Below are positions 22,801 to 36,100 of a stretch of 64,000 bases of DNA, piece after piece. Source of the stretch: Balanoglossus misakiensis (Eukaryota > Animalia > Hemichordata); assembly GCA_040954595.2 (NCBI GenBank), contig CM082593.2, positions 1,126,901-1,190,900 on the forward strand, written 5' to 3'. Every line of letters begins with the position of its first letter. The first letter of the stretch is position 1. The notes beneath the pieces were generated by a model. The model had not been told where the DNA came from. It was given only the letters and a program-made list of their open reading frames with translations, and ran no database searches. A program made the translations under genes and the position numbers.

Positions 22801-25800
22801 TTTTGAAAAAACCATGGGTTATAGCTCAGGAAAATCATCAAAAAATGAGAATTTTTCGACTTTGCGGAATTTGAAAATTTGGCCGATTTTTGAAAAAACC
22901 ATGGGTTATAGCTCAGGAAAATCATCAAAAAATGAGAATTTTTCGACTTTGCGGAATTTGAAAATTTGGCCGATTTTTGAAAAAAACCATGGGTTATAGC
23001 TCAGGAAAATCATCAAAAATGAGAATTTTTATGCTTTGCGGAATTTGAAAATTTGGCCGATTTTTGAAAAAAACCATTGGTTATAGCTCAGGAATATCAT
23101 CAAAAAATGAGAATTTTTCGACTTTGCGGAATTTGAAAATTTGGCCGATTTTTGAAAAAACCATGGGTTATAGCTCAGGAAAATCATCAAAAAATGAGAA
23201 TTTTTCGACTTTGCGGAATTTGAAAATTTGGCCGATTTTTGAAAAAACCATGGGTTATAGCTCAGGAAAATCATCAAAAAATGAGAATTTTTCGACTTTG
23301 CGGAATTTGAAAATTTGGCCGATTTTTGAAAAAAACCATGGGTTATAGCTCAGGAAAATCATCAAAAATGAGAATTTTTCGACTTTGCGGAATTTGAAAA
23401 TTTGGCCGATTTTTGAAAAAAACCATGGGTTATAGCTCAGGAAAATCATCAAAAAATGAGAATTTTTCGACTTTGCGGAATTTGAAAATTTGGCCGATTT
23501 TTGAAAAAACCATGGGTTATAGCTCAGGAAAATCATCAAAAAATGAGAATTTTTCGACTTTGCGGAATTTGAAAATTTGGCCGATTTTTGAAAAAACCAT
23601 GGGTTATAGCTCAGGAAAATCATCAAAAAATGAGAATTTTTCGACTTTGCGGAATTTGAAAATTTGGCCGATTTTTGAAAAAAACCATGGGTTATAGCTC
23701 AGGAAAATCATCAAAAATGAGAATTTTTATGCTTTGCGGAATTTGAAAATTTGGCCGATTTTTGAAAAAAACCATGGGTTATAGCTCAGGAATATCATCA
23801 AAAAATGAGAATTTTTCGACTTTGCGGAATTTGAAAATTTGGCCGATTTTTGAAAAAACCATGGGTTATAGCTCAGGAAAATCATCAAAAAATGAGAATT
23901 TTTCGACTTTGCGGAATTTGAAAATTTGGCCGATTTTTGAAAAAACCATGGGTTATAGCTCAGGAAAATCATCAAAAAATGAGAATTTTTCGACTTTGCG
24001 GAATTTGAAAATTTGGCCGATTTTTGAAAAAAACCATGGGTTATAGCTCAGGAAAATCATCAAAAATGAGAATTTTTCGACTTTGCGGAATTTGAAAATT
24101 TGGCCGATTTTTGAAAAAAACCATGGGTTATAGCTCAGGAAAATCATCAAAAAATGAGAATTTTTCGACTTTGCGGAATTTCAAAATTTGGCCGATTTTT
24201 GAAAAAACCATGGGTTATAGCTCAGGAAAATCATCAAAAAATGAGAATTTTTCGACTTTGCGGAATTTCAAAATTTGGCCGATTTTTGAAAAAACCATGG
24301 GTTATAGCTCAGGAAAATCATCAAAAAATGAGAATTTTTCGACTTTGCGGAATTTGAAAATTTGGCCGATTTTTGAAAAAACCATGGGTTATAGCTCAGG
24401 AAAATCATCAAAAAATGAGAATTTTTCGACTTTGCGGAATTTGAAAATTTGGCCGATTTTTGAAAAAACCATGGGTTATAGCTCAGGAAAATCATCAAAA
24501 AATGAGAATTTTTCGACTTTGCGGAATTTGAAAATTTGGCCGATTTTTGAAAAAACCATGGGTTATAGCTAAGGAAAATCATCAAAAAATGAGAATTTTT
24601 CGACTTTGCGGAATTTGAAAATTTGGCCGATTTTTGAAAAAAAACATGGGTTATAGCTCAGGAAAATCATCAAAAATGAGAATTTTTCGACTTTGCGGAA
24701 TTTGAAAATTTGGCCGATTTTTGAAAAAACCATGGGTTATTATAGCTCAGGAAAATCATCAAAAAATGAGAATTTTTCGACTTTGCGGAATTTGAAAATT
24801 TGGCCGATTTTTGAAAAAACCATGGGTTATAGCTCAGGAAAATCATCAAAAAATGAGAATTTTTCGACTTTGCGGAATTTGAAAATTTGGCCGATTTTTG
24901 AAAAAAACCATGGGTTATAGCTCAGGAAAATCATCAAAAAATGAGAATTTTTCGACTTTGCGGAATTTGAAAATTTGGCCGATTTTTGAAAAAAACCATG
25001 GGTTATAGCTCAGGAAAATCATCAAAAAATGAGAATTTTTCGACTTTGCGGAATTTGAAAATTTGGCCGATTTTTGAAAAAACCATGGGTTATAGCTCAG
25101 GAAAATCATCAAAAAATGAGAATTTTTCGACTTTGCGGAATTTGAAAATTTGGCCGATTTTTGAAAAAACCATGGGTTATAGCTCAGGAAAATCATCAAA
25201 AAATGAGAATTTTTCGACTTTGCGGAATTTGAAAATTTGGCCGATTTTTGAAAAAACCATGGGTTATAGCTCAGGAAAATCATCAAAAAATGAGAATTTT
25301 TCGACTTTGCGGAATTTGAAAATTTTGCCGATTTTTGAAAAAAACCATGGGTTATAGCTCAGGAAAATCATCAAAAAATGAGAATTTTTCGACTTTGCGG
25401 AATTTGAAAATTTTGCCGATTTTTGAAAAAACCATGGGTTATAGCTCAGGAAAATCATCAAAAAATGAGAATTTTTCGACTTTGCGGAATTTGAAAATTT
25501 GGCCGATTTTTGAAAAAACCATGGGTTATAGCTCAGGAAAATCATCAAAAAATGAGAATTTTTCGACTTTGCGGAATTTGAAAATTTGGCCGATTTTTGA
25601 AAAAAACCATGGGTTATAGCTCAGGAAAATCATCAAAAAATGAGAATTTTTCGACTTTGCGGAATTTGAAAATTTGGCCGATTTTTGAAAAAACCATGGG
25701 TTATAGCTCAGGAAAATCATCAAAAAATGAGAATTTTTCGACTTTGCGGAATTTGAAAATTTGGCCGATTTTTGAAAAAACCATGGGTTATAGCTCAGGA

Positions 25801-28800
25801 AAATCATCAAAAAATGAGAATTTTTCGACTTTGCGGAATTTCAAAATTTGGCCGATTTTTGAAAAAACCATGGGTTATAGCTCAGGAAAATCATCAAAAA
25901 ATGAGAATTTTTCGACTTTGCGGAATTTGAAAATTTGGCCGATTTTTGAAAAAAACCATGGGTTATAGCTCAGGAAAATCATCAAAAAATGAGAATTTTT
26001 CGACTTTGCGGAATTTGAAAATTTGGCCGATTTTTGAAAAAACCATGGGTTATAGCTCAGGAAAATCATCAAAAAATGAGAATTTTTCGACTTTGCGGAA
26101 TTTGAAAATTTGGCCGATTTTTGAAAAAACCATGGGTTATAGCTCAGGAAAATCATCAAAAAATGAGAATTTTTCGACTTTGCGGAATTTGAAAATTTGG
26201 CCGATTTTTGAAAAAAAACATGGGTTATAGCTCAGGAAAATCATCAAAAAATGAGAATTTTTCGACTTTGCGGAAAATCAAAATTTGGCCGATTCTTGAA
26301 AAAAATCGTGGGTTATAGCTCAGGAAATCATCAAAAAATGACAATTTTTCGACTTTGCGGAAAATCAAAATTTGGCCGATTTTTGAAAAAAATCATGGGT
26401 TATAGCTCAGGAAATCATCAAAAAATGACAATTTTTCGACTTTGCGGAAAATCAAAATTTGGCCGATTTATGAAAAAAATCATGGGTTATAGCTCAGGAA
26501 ATCATCAAAAAATGACAATTTTTCGACTTTGCGGAAAATCAAAATTTGGCCGATTTATGAAAAAAATCATGGGTTATAGCTCAGGAAATCATCAAAAAAT
26601 GACAATTTTTCGACTTTGCGGAAAATCAAAATTTGGCCGATTTATGATAAAAATCATGGGTTATAGCTCAGGAAATCATCAAAAAATGACAAATTTTCGA
26701 CTTTGCGGAAAATCAAAATTTGGCCGATTTTTGAAAAAATCATGGGTTATAGCTCATGAAAATCATCCAAAAATGAGAATTTTTCGACTTTGCGGAATTT
26801 GAAAATTTGGCCGATTTTTGAAAAAAACCATGGGTTATAGCTCAGGAAAATCATCAAAAATGAGAATTTTTCGACTTTGCGGAATTTGAAAATTTGGCCG
26901 ATTTTTGAAAAAAACCATGGGTTATAGCTCAGGAAAATCATCAAAAAATGAGAATTTTTCGACTTTGCGGAATTTCAAAATTTGGCCGATTTTTGAAAAA
27001 ACCATGGGTTATAGCTCAGGAAAATCATCAAAAAATGAGAATTTTTCGACTTTGCGGAATTTCAAAATTTGGCCGATTTTTGAAAAAACCATGGGTTATA
27101 GCTCAGGAAAATCATCAAAAAATGAGAATTTTTCGACTTTGCGGAATTTCAAAATTTGGCCGATTTTGGAAAAAACCATGGGTTATAGCTCAGGAAAATC
27201 ATCAAAAAATGAGAATTTTTCGACTTTGCGGAATTTGAAAATTTGGCCGATTTTTGAAAAAACCATGGGTTATAGCTCAGGAAAATCATCAAAAAATGAG
27301 AATTTTTCGACTTTGCGGAATTTGAAAATTTGGCCGATTTTTGAAAAAACCATGGGTTATAGCTCAGGAAAATCATCAAAAAATGAGAATTTTTCGACTT
27401 TGCGGAATTTGAAAATTTGGCCGATTTTTGAAAAAACCATGGGCTATAGCTCAGGAAAATCATCAAAAAATGAGAATTTTTCGACTTTGCGGAACATCAA
27501 AATTTGGCCGATTCTTGAAAAAAAACATGGGTTATAGCTCAGGAAATCATCAAAAAATGACAATTTTTCGACTTTGCGGAAAATCAAAATTTGGCCGATT
27601 CTTGAAAAAAATCATGGGTTATAGCTCAGGAAATCATCAAAAAATGACAATTTTTCGACTTTGCGGAAAATCAAAATTTGGCCGATTTTTGAAAAAAATC
27701 ATGGGTTATAGCTCAGGAAATCATCAAAAAATGACAATTTTTCGACTTTGCGGAAAATCAAAATTTGGCCGATTTTTGAAAAAAATCATGGGTTATAGCT
27801 CAGGAAATCATCAAAAAATGACAATTTTTCGACTTTGCGGAAAATCAAAATTTGGCCGATTTATGAAAAAAATCATGGGTTATAGCTCAGGAAATCATCA
27901 AAAAATGACAATTTTTCGACTTTGCGGAAAATCAAAATTTGGCCGATTTATGATAAAAATCGTGGGTTATAGCTCAGGAAATCATCAAAAAATGACAAAT
28001 TTTCGACTTTGCGGAAAATCAAAATTTGGCCGATTTTTGAAAAAATCATGGGTTATAGCTCATGAAAATCATCCAAAAATGAGAATTTTTCGACTTTGCG
28101 GAATTTGAAAATTTGGCCGATTTTTGAAAAAAACCATGGGTTATAGCTCAGGAAAATCATCAAAAATGAGAATTTTTCGACTTTGCGGAATTTGAAAATT
28201 TGGCCGATTTTTGAAAAAAACCATGGGTTATAGCTCAGGAAAATCATCAAAAAATGAGAATTTTTCGACTTTGCGGAATTTCAAAATTTGGCCGATTTTT
28301 GAAAAAACCATGGGTTATAGCTCAGGAAAATCATCAAAAAATGAGAATTTTTCGACATAGCGGAATTTCAAAATTTGGCCGATTTTTGAAAAAACCATGG
28401 GTTATAGCTCAGGAAAATCATCAAAAAATGAGAATTTTTCGACTTTGCGGAATTTCAAAATTTGGCCGATTTTTGAAAAAACCATGGGTTATAGCTCAGG
28501 AAAATCATCAAAAAATGAGAATTTTTCGACTTTGCGGAATTTCAAAATTTGGCCGATTTTTGAAAAAACCATGGGTTATAGCTCAGGAAAATCATCAAAA
28601 AATGAGAATTTTTCGACTTTGCGGAATTTGAAAATTTGGCCGATTTTTGAAAAAACCATGGGTTATAGCTCAGGAAAATCATCAAAAAATGAGAATTTTT
28701 CGACTTTGCGGAATTTGAAAATTTGGCCGATTTTTGAAAAAACCATGGGTTATAGCTCAGGAAAATCATCAAAAAATGAGAATTTTTCGACTTTGCGGAA

Positions 28801-31800
28801 TTTGAAAATTTGGCCGATTTTTGAAAAAACCATGGGTTATAGCTCAGGAAAATCATCAAAAAATGAGAATTTTTCGACTTTGCGGAATTTGAAAATTTGG
28901 CCGATTTTTGAAAAAAACCATGGGTTATAGCTCAGGAAAATCATCAAAAATGAGAATTTTTCGACTTTGCGGAATTTGAAAATTTGGCCGATTTTTGAAA
29001 AAAACCATGGGTTATAGCTCAGGAAAATCATCAAAAAATGAGAATTTTTCGACTTTGCGGAATTTCAAAATTTGGCCGATTTTTGAAAAAACCATGGGTT
29101 ATAGCTCAGGAAAATCATCAAAAAATGAGAATTTTTCGACTTTGCGGAATTTCAAAATTTGGCCGATTTTTGAAAAAACCATGGGTTATAGCTCAGGAAA
29201 ATCATCAAAAAATGAGAATTTTTCGACTTTGCGGAATTTCAAAATTTGGCCGATTTTTGAAAAAAACATGGGTTATAGCTCAGGAAAATCATCAAAAAAT
29301 GAGAATTTTTCGACTTTGCGGAATTTGAAAATTTGGCCGATTTTTGAAAAAACCATGGGTTATAGCTCAGGAAAATCATCAAAAAATGAGAATTTTTCGA
29401 CTTTGCGGAATTTAAAAATTTGGCCGATTTTTGAAAAAACCATGGGTTATAGCTCAGGAAAATCATCAAAAAATGAGAATTTTTCGACTTTGCGGAATTT
29501 GAAAATTTGGCCGATTTTTGAAAAAACCATGGGTTATAGCTCAGGAAAATCATCAAAAAATGAGAATTTTTCGACTTTGCGGAATTTGAAAATTTGGCCG
29601 ATTTTTGAAAAAACCATGGGTTATAGCTCAGGAAAATCATCAAAAAATGAGAATTTTTCGACTTTGCGGAATTTCAAAATTTGGCCGATATTTGAAAAAA
29701 CCATGGGTTATAGCTCAGGAAAATCATCAAAAAATGAGAATTTTTCGACTTTGCGGAATTTCAAAATTTGGCCGATATTTGAAAAAACCATGGGTTATAG
29801 CTCAGGAAAATCATCAAAAAATGAGAATTTTTCGACTTTGCGGAATTTGAAAATTTGGCCGATTTTTGAAAAAACCATGGGCTATAGCTCAGGAAAATCA
29901 TCAAAAAATGAGAATTTTTCGACTTTGCGGAATTTGAAAATTTGGCCGATTTTTGAAAAAACCATGGGTTATATATAGCTCAGGAAAATCATCAAAAAAT
30001 GAGAATTTTTCGACTTTGCGGAATTTGAAAATTTGGCCGATTTTTGAAAAAACCATGGGTTATAGCTCAGGAAAATCATCAAAAAATGAGAATTTTTCGA
30101 CTTTGCGGAATTTGAAAATTTGGCCGATTTTTGAAAAAAACCATGGGTTATAGCTCAGGAAAATCATCAAAAATGAGAATTTTTCGACTTTGCGGAATTT
30201 GAAAATTTGGCCGATTTTTGAAAAAAACCATGGGTTATAGCTCAGGAAAATCATCAAAAAATGAGAATTTTTCGACTTTGCGGAATTTCAAAATTTGGCC
30301 GATTTTTGAAAAAACCATGGGTTATAGCTCAGGAAAATCATCAAAAAATGAGAATTTTTCGACTTTGCGGAATTTGAAAATTTGGCCGATTTTTGAAAAA
30401 AACATGGGTTATAGCTCAGGAAAATCATCAAAAAATGAGAATTTTTCGACTTTGCGGAATTTGAAAATTTGGCCGATTTTTGAAAAAACCATGGGTTATA
30501 GCTCAGGAAAATCATCAAAAAATGAGAATTTTTCGACTTTGCGGAATTTCAAAATTTGGCCGATTTTTGAAAAAACCATGGGTTATAGCTCAGGAAAATC
30601 ATCAAAAAATGAGAATTTTTCGACTTTGCGGAATTTCAAAATTTGGCCGATTTTTGAAAAAACCATGGGTTATAGCTCAGGAAAATCATCAAAAAATGAG
30701 AATTTTTCGACTTTGCGGAATTTGAAAATTTGGCCGATTTTTGAAAAAACCATGGGTTATAGCTCAGGAAAATCATCAAAAAATGAGAATTTTTCGACTT
30801 TGCGGAATTTGAAAATTTGGCCGATTTTTGAAAAAACCATGGGTTATAGCTCAGGAAAATCATCAAAAAATGAGAATTTTTCGACTTTGCGGAATTTGAA
30901 AATTTGGCCGATTTTTGAAAAAACCATGGGTTATAGCTCAGGAAAATCATCAAAAAATGAGAATTTTTCGACTTTGCGGAATTTGAAAATTTGGCCGATT
31001 TTTGAAAAAACCATGGGTTATAGCTCAGGAAAATCATCAAAAAATGAGAATTTTTCGACTTTGCGGAATTTGAAAATTTGGCCGATTTTTGAAAAAACCA
31101 TGGGTTATAGCTCAGGAAAATCATCAAAAAATGAGAATTTTTCGACTTTGCGGAATTTGAAAATTTGGCCGATTTTTGAAAAAACCATGGGTTATAGCTC
31201 AGGAAAATCATCAAAAAATGAGAATTTTTCGACTTTGCGGAATTTGAAAATTTGGCCGATTTTTGAAAAAACCATGGGTTATAGCTCAGGAAAATCATCA
31301 AAAAATGAGAATTTTTCGACTTTGCGGAATTTGAAAATTTGGCCGATTTTTGAAAAAACCATGGGTTATAGCTCAGGAAAATCATCAAAAAATGAGAATT
31401 TTTCGACTTTGCGGAATTTGAAAATTTGGCCGATTTTTGAAAAAACCATGGGTTATAGCTCAGGAAAATCATCAAAAAATGAGAATTTTTCGACTTTGCG
31501 GAATTTGAAAATTTGGCCGATTTTTGAAAAAACCATGGGTTATAGCTCAGGAAAATCATCAAAAAATGAGAATTTTTCGACTTTGCGGAATTTGAAAATT
31601 TGGCCGATTTTTGAAAAAACCATGGGTTATAGCTCAGGAAAATCATCAAAAAATGAGAATTTTTCGACTTCGCGGAATTTCAAAATTTGGCCGATTTTTG
31701 AAAAAACCATGGGTTATAGCTCAGGAAAATCATCAAAAAATGAGAATTTTTCGACTTTGCGGAATTTCAAAATTTGGCCGATTTTTGAAAAAAACATGGG

Positions 31801-33185
31801 TTATAGCTCAGGAAAATCATCAAAAAATGAGAATTTTTCGACTTTGCGGAATTTGAAAATTTGGCCGATTTTTGAAAAAACCATGGGTTATAGCTCAGGA
31901 AAATCATCAAAAAATGAGAATTTTTCGACTTTGCGGAATTTCAAAATTTGGCCGATTTTTGAAAAAACCATGGGTTATAGCTCAGGAAAATCATCAAAAA
32001 ATGAGAATTTTTCGACTTTGCGGAATTTGAAAATTTGGCCGATTTTTGAAAAAACCATGGGTTATAGCTCAGGAAAATCATCAAAAAATGAGAATTTTTC
32101 GACTTTGCGGAATTTGAAAATTTGGCCGATTTTTGAAAAAACCATGGGTTATAGCTCAGGAAAATCATCAAAAAATGAGAATTTTTCGACTTTGCGGAAT
32201 TTGAAAATTTGGCCGATTTTTGAAAAAACCATGGGTTATAGCTCAGGAAAATCATCAAAAAATGAGAATTTTTCGACTTTGCGGAATTTGAAAATTTGGC
32301 CGATTTTTGAAAAAACCATGGGTTATAGCTCAGGAAAATCATCAAAAAATGAGAATTTTTCGACTTTGCGGAATTTCAAAATTTGGCCGATTTTTGAAAA
32401 AACCATGGGTTATAGCTCAGGAAAATCATCAAAAAATGAGGATTTTTCGACTTTGCGGAATTTCAAAATTTGGCCGATTTTTGAAAAAACCATGGGTTAT
32501 AGCTCAGGAAAATCATCAAAAAATGAGGATTTTTCGACTTTGCGGAATTTCAAAATTTGGCCGATTTTTGAAAAAACCATGGGTTATAGCTCAGGAAAAT
32601 CATCAAAAAATGAGAATTTTTCGACTTTGCGGAATTTCAAAATTTGGCCGATTTTTGAAAAAACCATGGGTTATAGCTCAGGAAAATCATCAAAAAATGA
32701 GAATTTTTCGACTTTGCGGAATTTCAAAATTTGGCCGATTTTTGAAAAAACCATGGGTTATAGCTCAGGAAAATCATCAAAAAATGAGAATTTTTCGACT
32801 TTGCGGAATTTGAAAATTTGGCCGATTTTTGAAAAAACCATGGGTTATAGCTCAGGAAAATCATCAAAAAATGAGAATTTTTCGACTTTGCAGAATTTCA
32901 AAATTTGGCCGATTTTTGAAAAAACCATGGGTTATAGCTCAGGAAAATCATCAAAAAATGAGAATTTTTCGACTTTGCGGAATTTGAAAATTTGGCCGAT
33001 TTTTGAAAAAACCATGGGTTATAGCTCAGGAAAATCATCAAAAAATGAGAATTTTTCGACTTTGCGGAATTTGAAAATTTGGCCGATTTTTGAAAAAACC
33101 ATGGGTTATAGCTCAGGAAAATCATCAAAAAATGAGAATTTTTCGACTTTGCGGAATTTGAAAATTTGGCCGATTTTTGAAAAAA
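10864..33185. repeat. Satellite subfamily A block (87-bp monomer, ~256 copies)
   Basis: Consensus CCATGGGTTATAGCTCAGGAAAATCATCAAAAAATGAGAATTTTTCGACTTTGCGGAATTTGAAAATTTGGCCGATTTTTGAAAAAA. The ORF track shows 29-aa periodicity. Confidence 0.97.
26271..28076. repeat. Two short runs of satellite variant C (~26271-26770 and ~27490-28076) within block A
   Basis: Diagnostic differences: ATCATGGG, CAGGAAATCATC, ATGACAATT, GCGGAAAATCAAAA, GATTTATGA. The right ends of the two runs are 1306 bp apart. Confidence 0.9.
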
Positions 33186-36100
33186 CCATGGGTTATAGCT
33201 CATGAAAATCATCCAGAAAAGTCAATTTTTCGACTTCGCGAAATTTCAAAATTTGGTGGTTTTTGGATAAAAACCATGGGTTATAGCTCAGGAAAATCAT
33301 CCAGAAAAGTCAATTTTTCGACTTCGCGAAATTTCAAAATTTGGTGGTTTTTGGATAAAAACCATGGGTTATAGCACATGAAAATCATCCAGAAATGTCA
33401 ATTTTTCGACTTCGCGAAATTTCAAAATTTGGTGGTTTTTGGATAAAAAAACATGGGTTATAGCTCACGAAAATCATCCAAAAATGTCAATTTTTCGACT
33501 TCGCGAAATTTCAAAATTTGGTGGTTTTTGGATAAAAACCATGGGTTATAGCTCAGGAAAATCATCAAAAAATGAGAATTTTTCGACTTTGCGGAATTTG
33601 AAAATTTGGCCGATTTTTGAAAAAACCATGGGTTATAGCTCATGAAAATCATCCAGAAAAGTCAATTTTTCGACTTCGCGAAATTTCAAAATTTGGTGGT
33701 TTTTGGATAAAAACCATGGGTTATAGCTCATGAAAATCATCCAGAAATGTCAATTTTTCGACTTCGCGAAATTTCAAAATTTGGTGGTTTTTGGATAAAA
33801 ACCATGGGTTATAGCTCATGAAAATCATCCAGAAATGTCAATTTTTCGACTTCGCGAAATTTCAAAATTTGGTGGTTTTTGGATAAAAACCATGGGTTAT
33901 AGCTCAGGAAAATCATCCAGAAATGTCAATTTTTCGACTTCGCGAAATTTCAAAATTTGGTGGTTTTTGGATAAATACCATGGGTTATAGCTCAGGAAAA
34001 TCATCCAGAAAAGTCAATTTTTCGACTTCGCGAAATTTCAAAATTTGGTGGTTTTTGGATAAAAACCATGGGTTATAGCTCATGAAAATCATCCAGAAAT
34101 GTCAATTTTTCGACTTCGCGAAATTTCAAAATTTGGTGGTTTTTGGATAAAAACCATGGGTTATAGCACATGAAAATCATCCAGAAATGTCAATTTTTCG
34201 ACTTCGCGAAATTTCAAAATTTGGTGGTTTTTGGATAAAAACCATGGGTTATAGCTCATGAAAATCATCCAGAAAAGTCAATTTTTCGACTTCGCGAAAT
34301 TTCAAAATTTGGTGGTTTTTGGATAAAAACCATGGGTTATAGCTCATGAAAATCATCCAGAAAAGTCAATTTTTCGACTTCGCGAAATTTCAAAATTTGG
34401 TGGTTTTTGGATAAAAACCATGGGTTATAGCTCATGAAAATCATCCAGAAAAGTCAATTTTTCGACTTCGCGAAATTTCAAAATTTGGTGGTTTTTGGAT
34501 AAAAACCATGGGTTATAGCTCAGGAAAATCATCCAGAAAAGTCAATTTTTCGACTTCGCGAAATTTCAAAATTTGGTGGTTTTTGGATAAAAACCATGGG
34601 TTATAGCACATGAAAATCATCCAGAAATGTCAATTTTTCGACTTCGCGAAATTTCAAAATTTGGTGGTTTTTGGATAAAAACCATGGGTTATAGCTCAGG
34701 AAAATCATCCAGAAATGTCAATTTTTCGACTTCGCAAAATTTCAAAATTTGGTGGTTTTTGGATAAATAACATGGGTTATAGCTCAGGAAAATCATCCAG
34801 AAAAGTCAATTTTTCGACTTCGCGAAATTTCAAAATTTGGTGGTTTTTGGATAAAAACCATGGGTTATAGCTCATGAAAATCATCCAGAAATGTCAATTT
34901 TTCGACTTCGCGAAATTTCAAAATTTGGTGGTTTTTGGATAAAAACCATGGGTTATAGCTCATGAAAATCATCCAGAAATGTCAATTTTTCGACTTCGCG
35001 AAATTTCAAAATTTGGTGGTTTTTGGATAAAAACCATGGGTTATAGCTCATGAAAATCATCCAGAAATGTCAATTTTTCGACTTCGCGAAATTTCAAAAT
35101 TTGGTGGTTTTTGGATAAAAACCATGGGTTATAGCTCAGGAAAATCATCCAGAAATGTCAATTTTTCGACTTCGCGAAATTTCAAAATTTGGTGGTTTTT
35201 GGATAAAAACCATGGGTTATAGCTCAGGAAAATCATCCAGAAAAGTCAATTTTTCGACTTCGCGAAATTTCAAAATTTGGTGGTTTTTGGATAAAAACCA
35301 TGGGTTATAGCTCATGAAAATCATCCAGAAATGTCAATTTTTCGACTTCGCGAAATTTCAAAATTTGGTGGTTTTTGGATAAAAACCATGGGTTATAGCA
35401 CATGAAAATCATCCAGAAATGTCAATTTTTCGACTTCGCGAAATTTCAAAATTTGGTGGTTTTGGGATAAAAACCATGGGTTATAGCACATGAAAATCAT
35501 CCAGAAATGTCAATTTTTCGACTTCGCGAAATTTCAAAATTTGGTGGTTTTTGGATAAAAACCATGGGTTATAGCTCATGAAAATCATCCAGAAAAGTCA
35601 ATTTTTCGACTTCGCGAAATTTCAAAATTTGGTGGTGTTTGGATAAAAACCATGGGTTATAGCTCATGAAAATCATCCAGAAAAGTCAATTTTTCGACTT
35701 CGCGAAATTTCAAAATTTGGTGGTTTTTGGATAAAAACCATGGGTTATAGCTCATGAAAATCATCCAGAAAAGTCAATTTTTCGACTTCGCGAAATTTCA
35801 AAATTTGGTGGTTTTTGGATAAAAACCATGGGTTATAGCTCAGGAAAATCATCCAGAAAAGTCAATTTTTCGACTTCGCGAAATTTCAAAATTTGGTGGT
35901 TTTTGGATAAAAACCAAGGGTTATACACATGAAAATCATCCAGAAATGTCAATTTTTCGACTTCGCGAAATTTCAAAATTTGGTGGTTTTTGGATAAAAA
36001 ACCATGGGTTATAGATCACGAAAATCATCCAAAAATGTCAATTTTTCGACTTCGCGAAATTTCAAAATTTGGTGGTTTTTGGATAAAAACCATGGGTTAT

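Noticed and set aside
30218-33205. 995-aa repetitive ORF (and all other satellite ORFs on both strands)
   Set aside because: The 87-bp monomer is a multiple of 3 and happens to lack stops in one frame per strand. Frequent 1-bp indels elsewhere in A and the 88-bp B monomer show no selection on reading frame.
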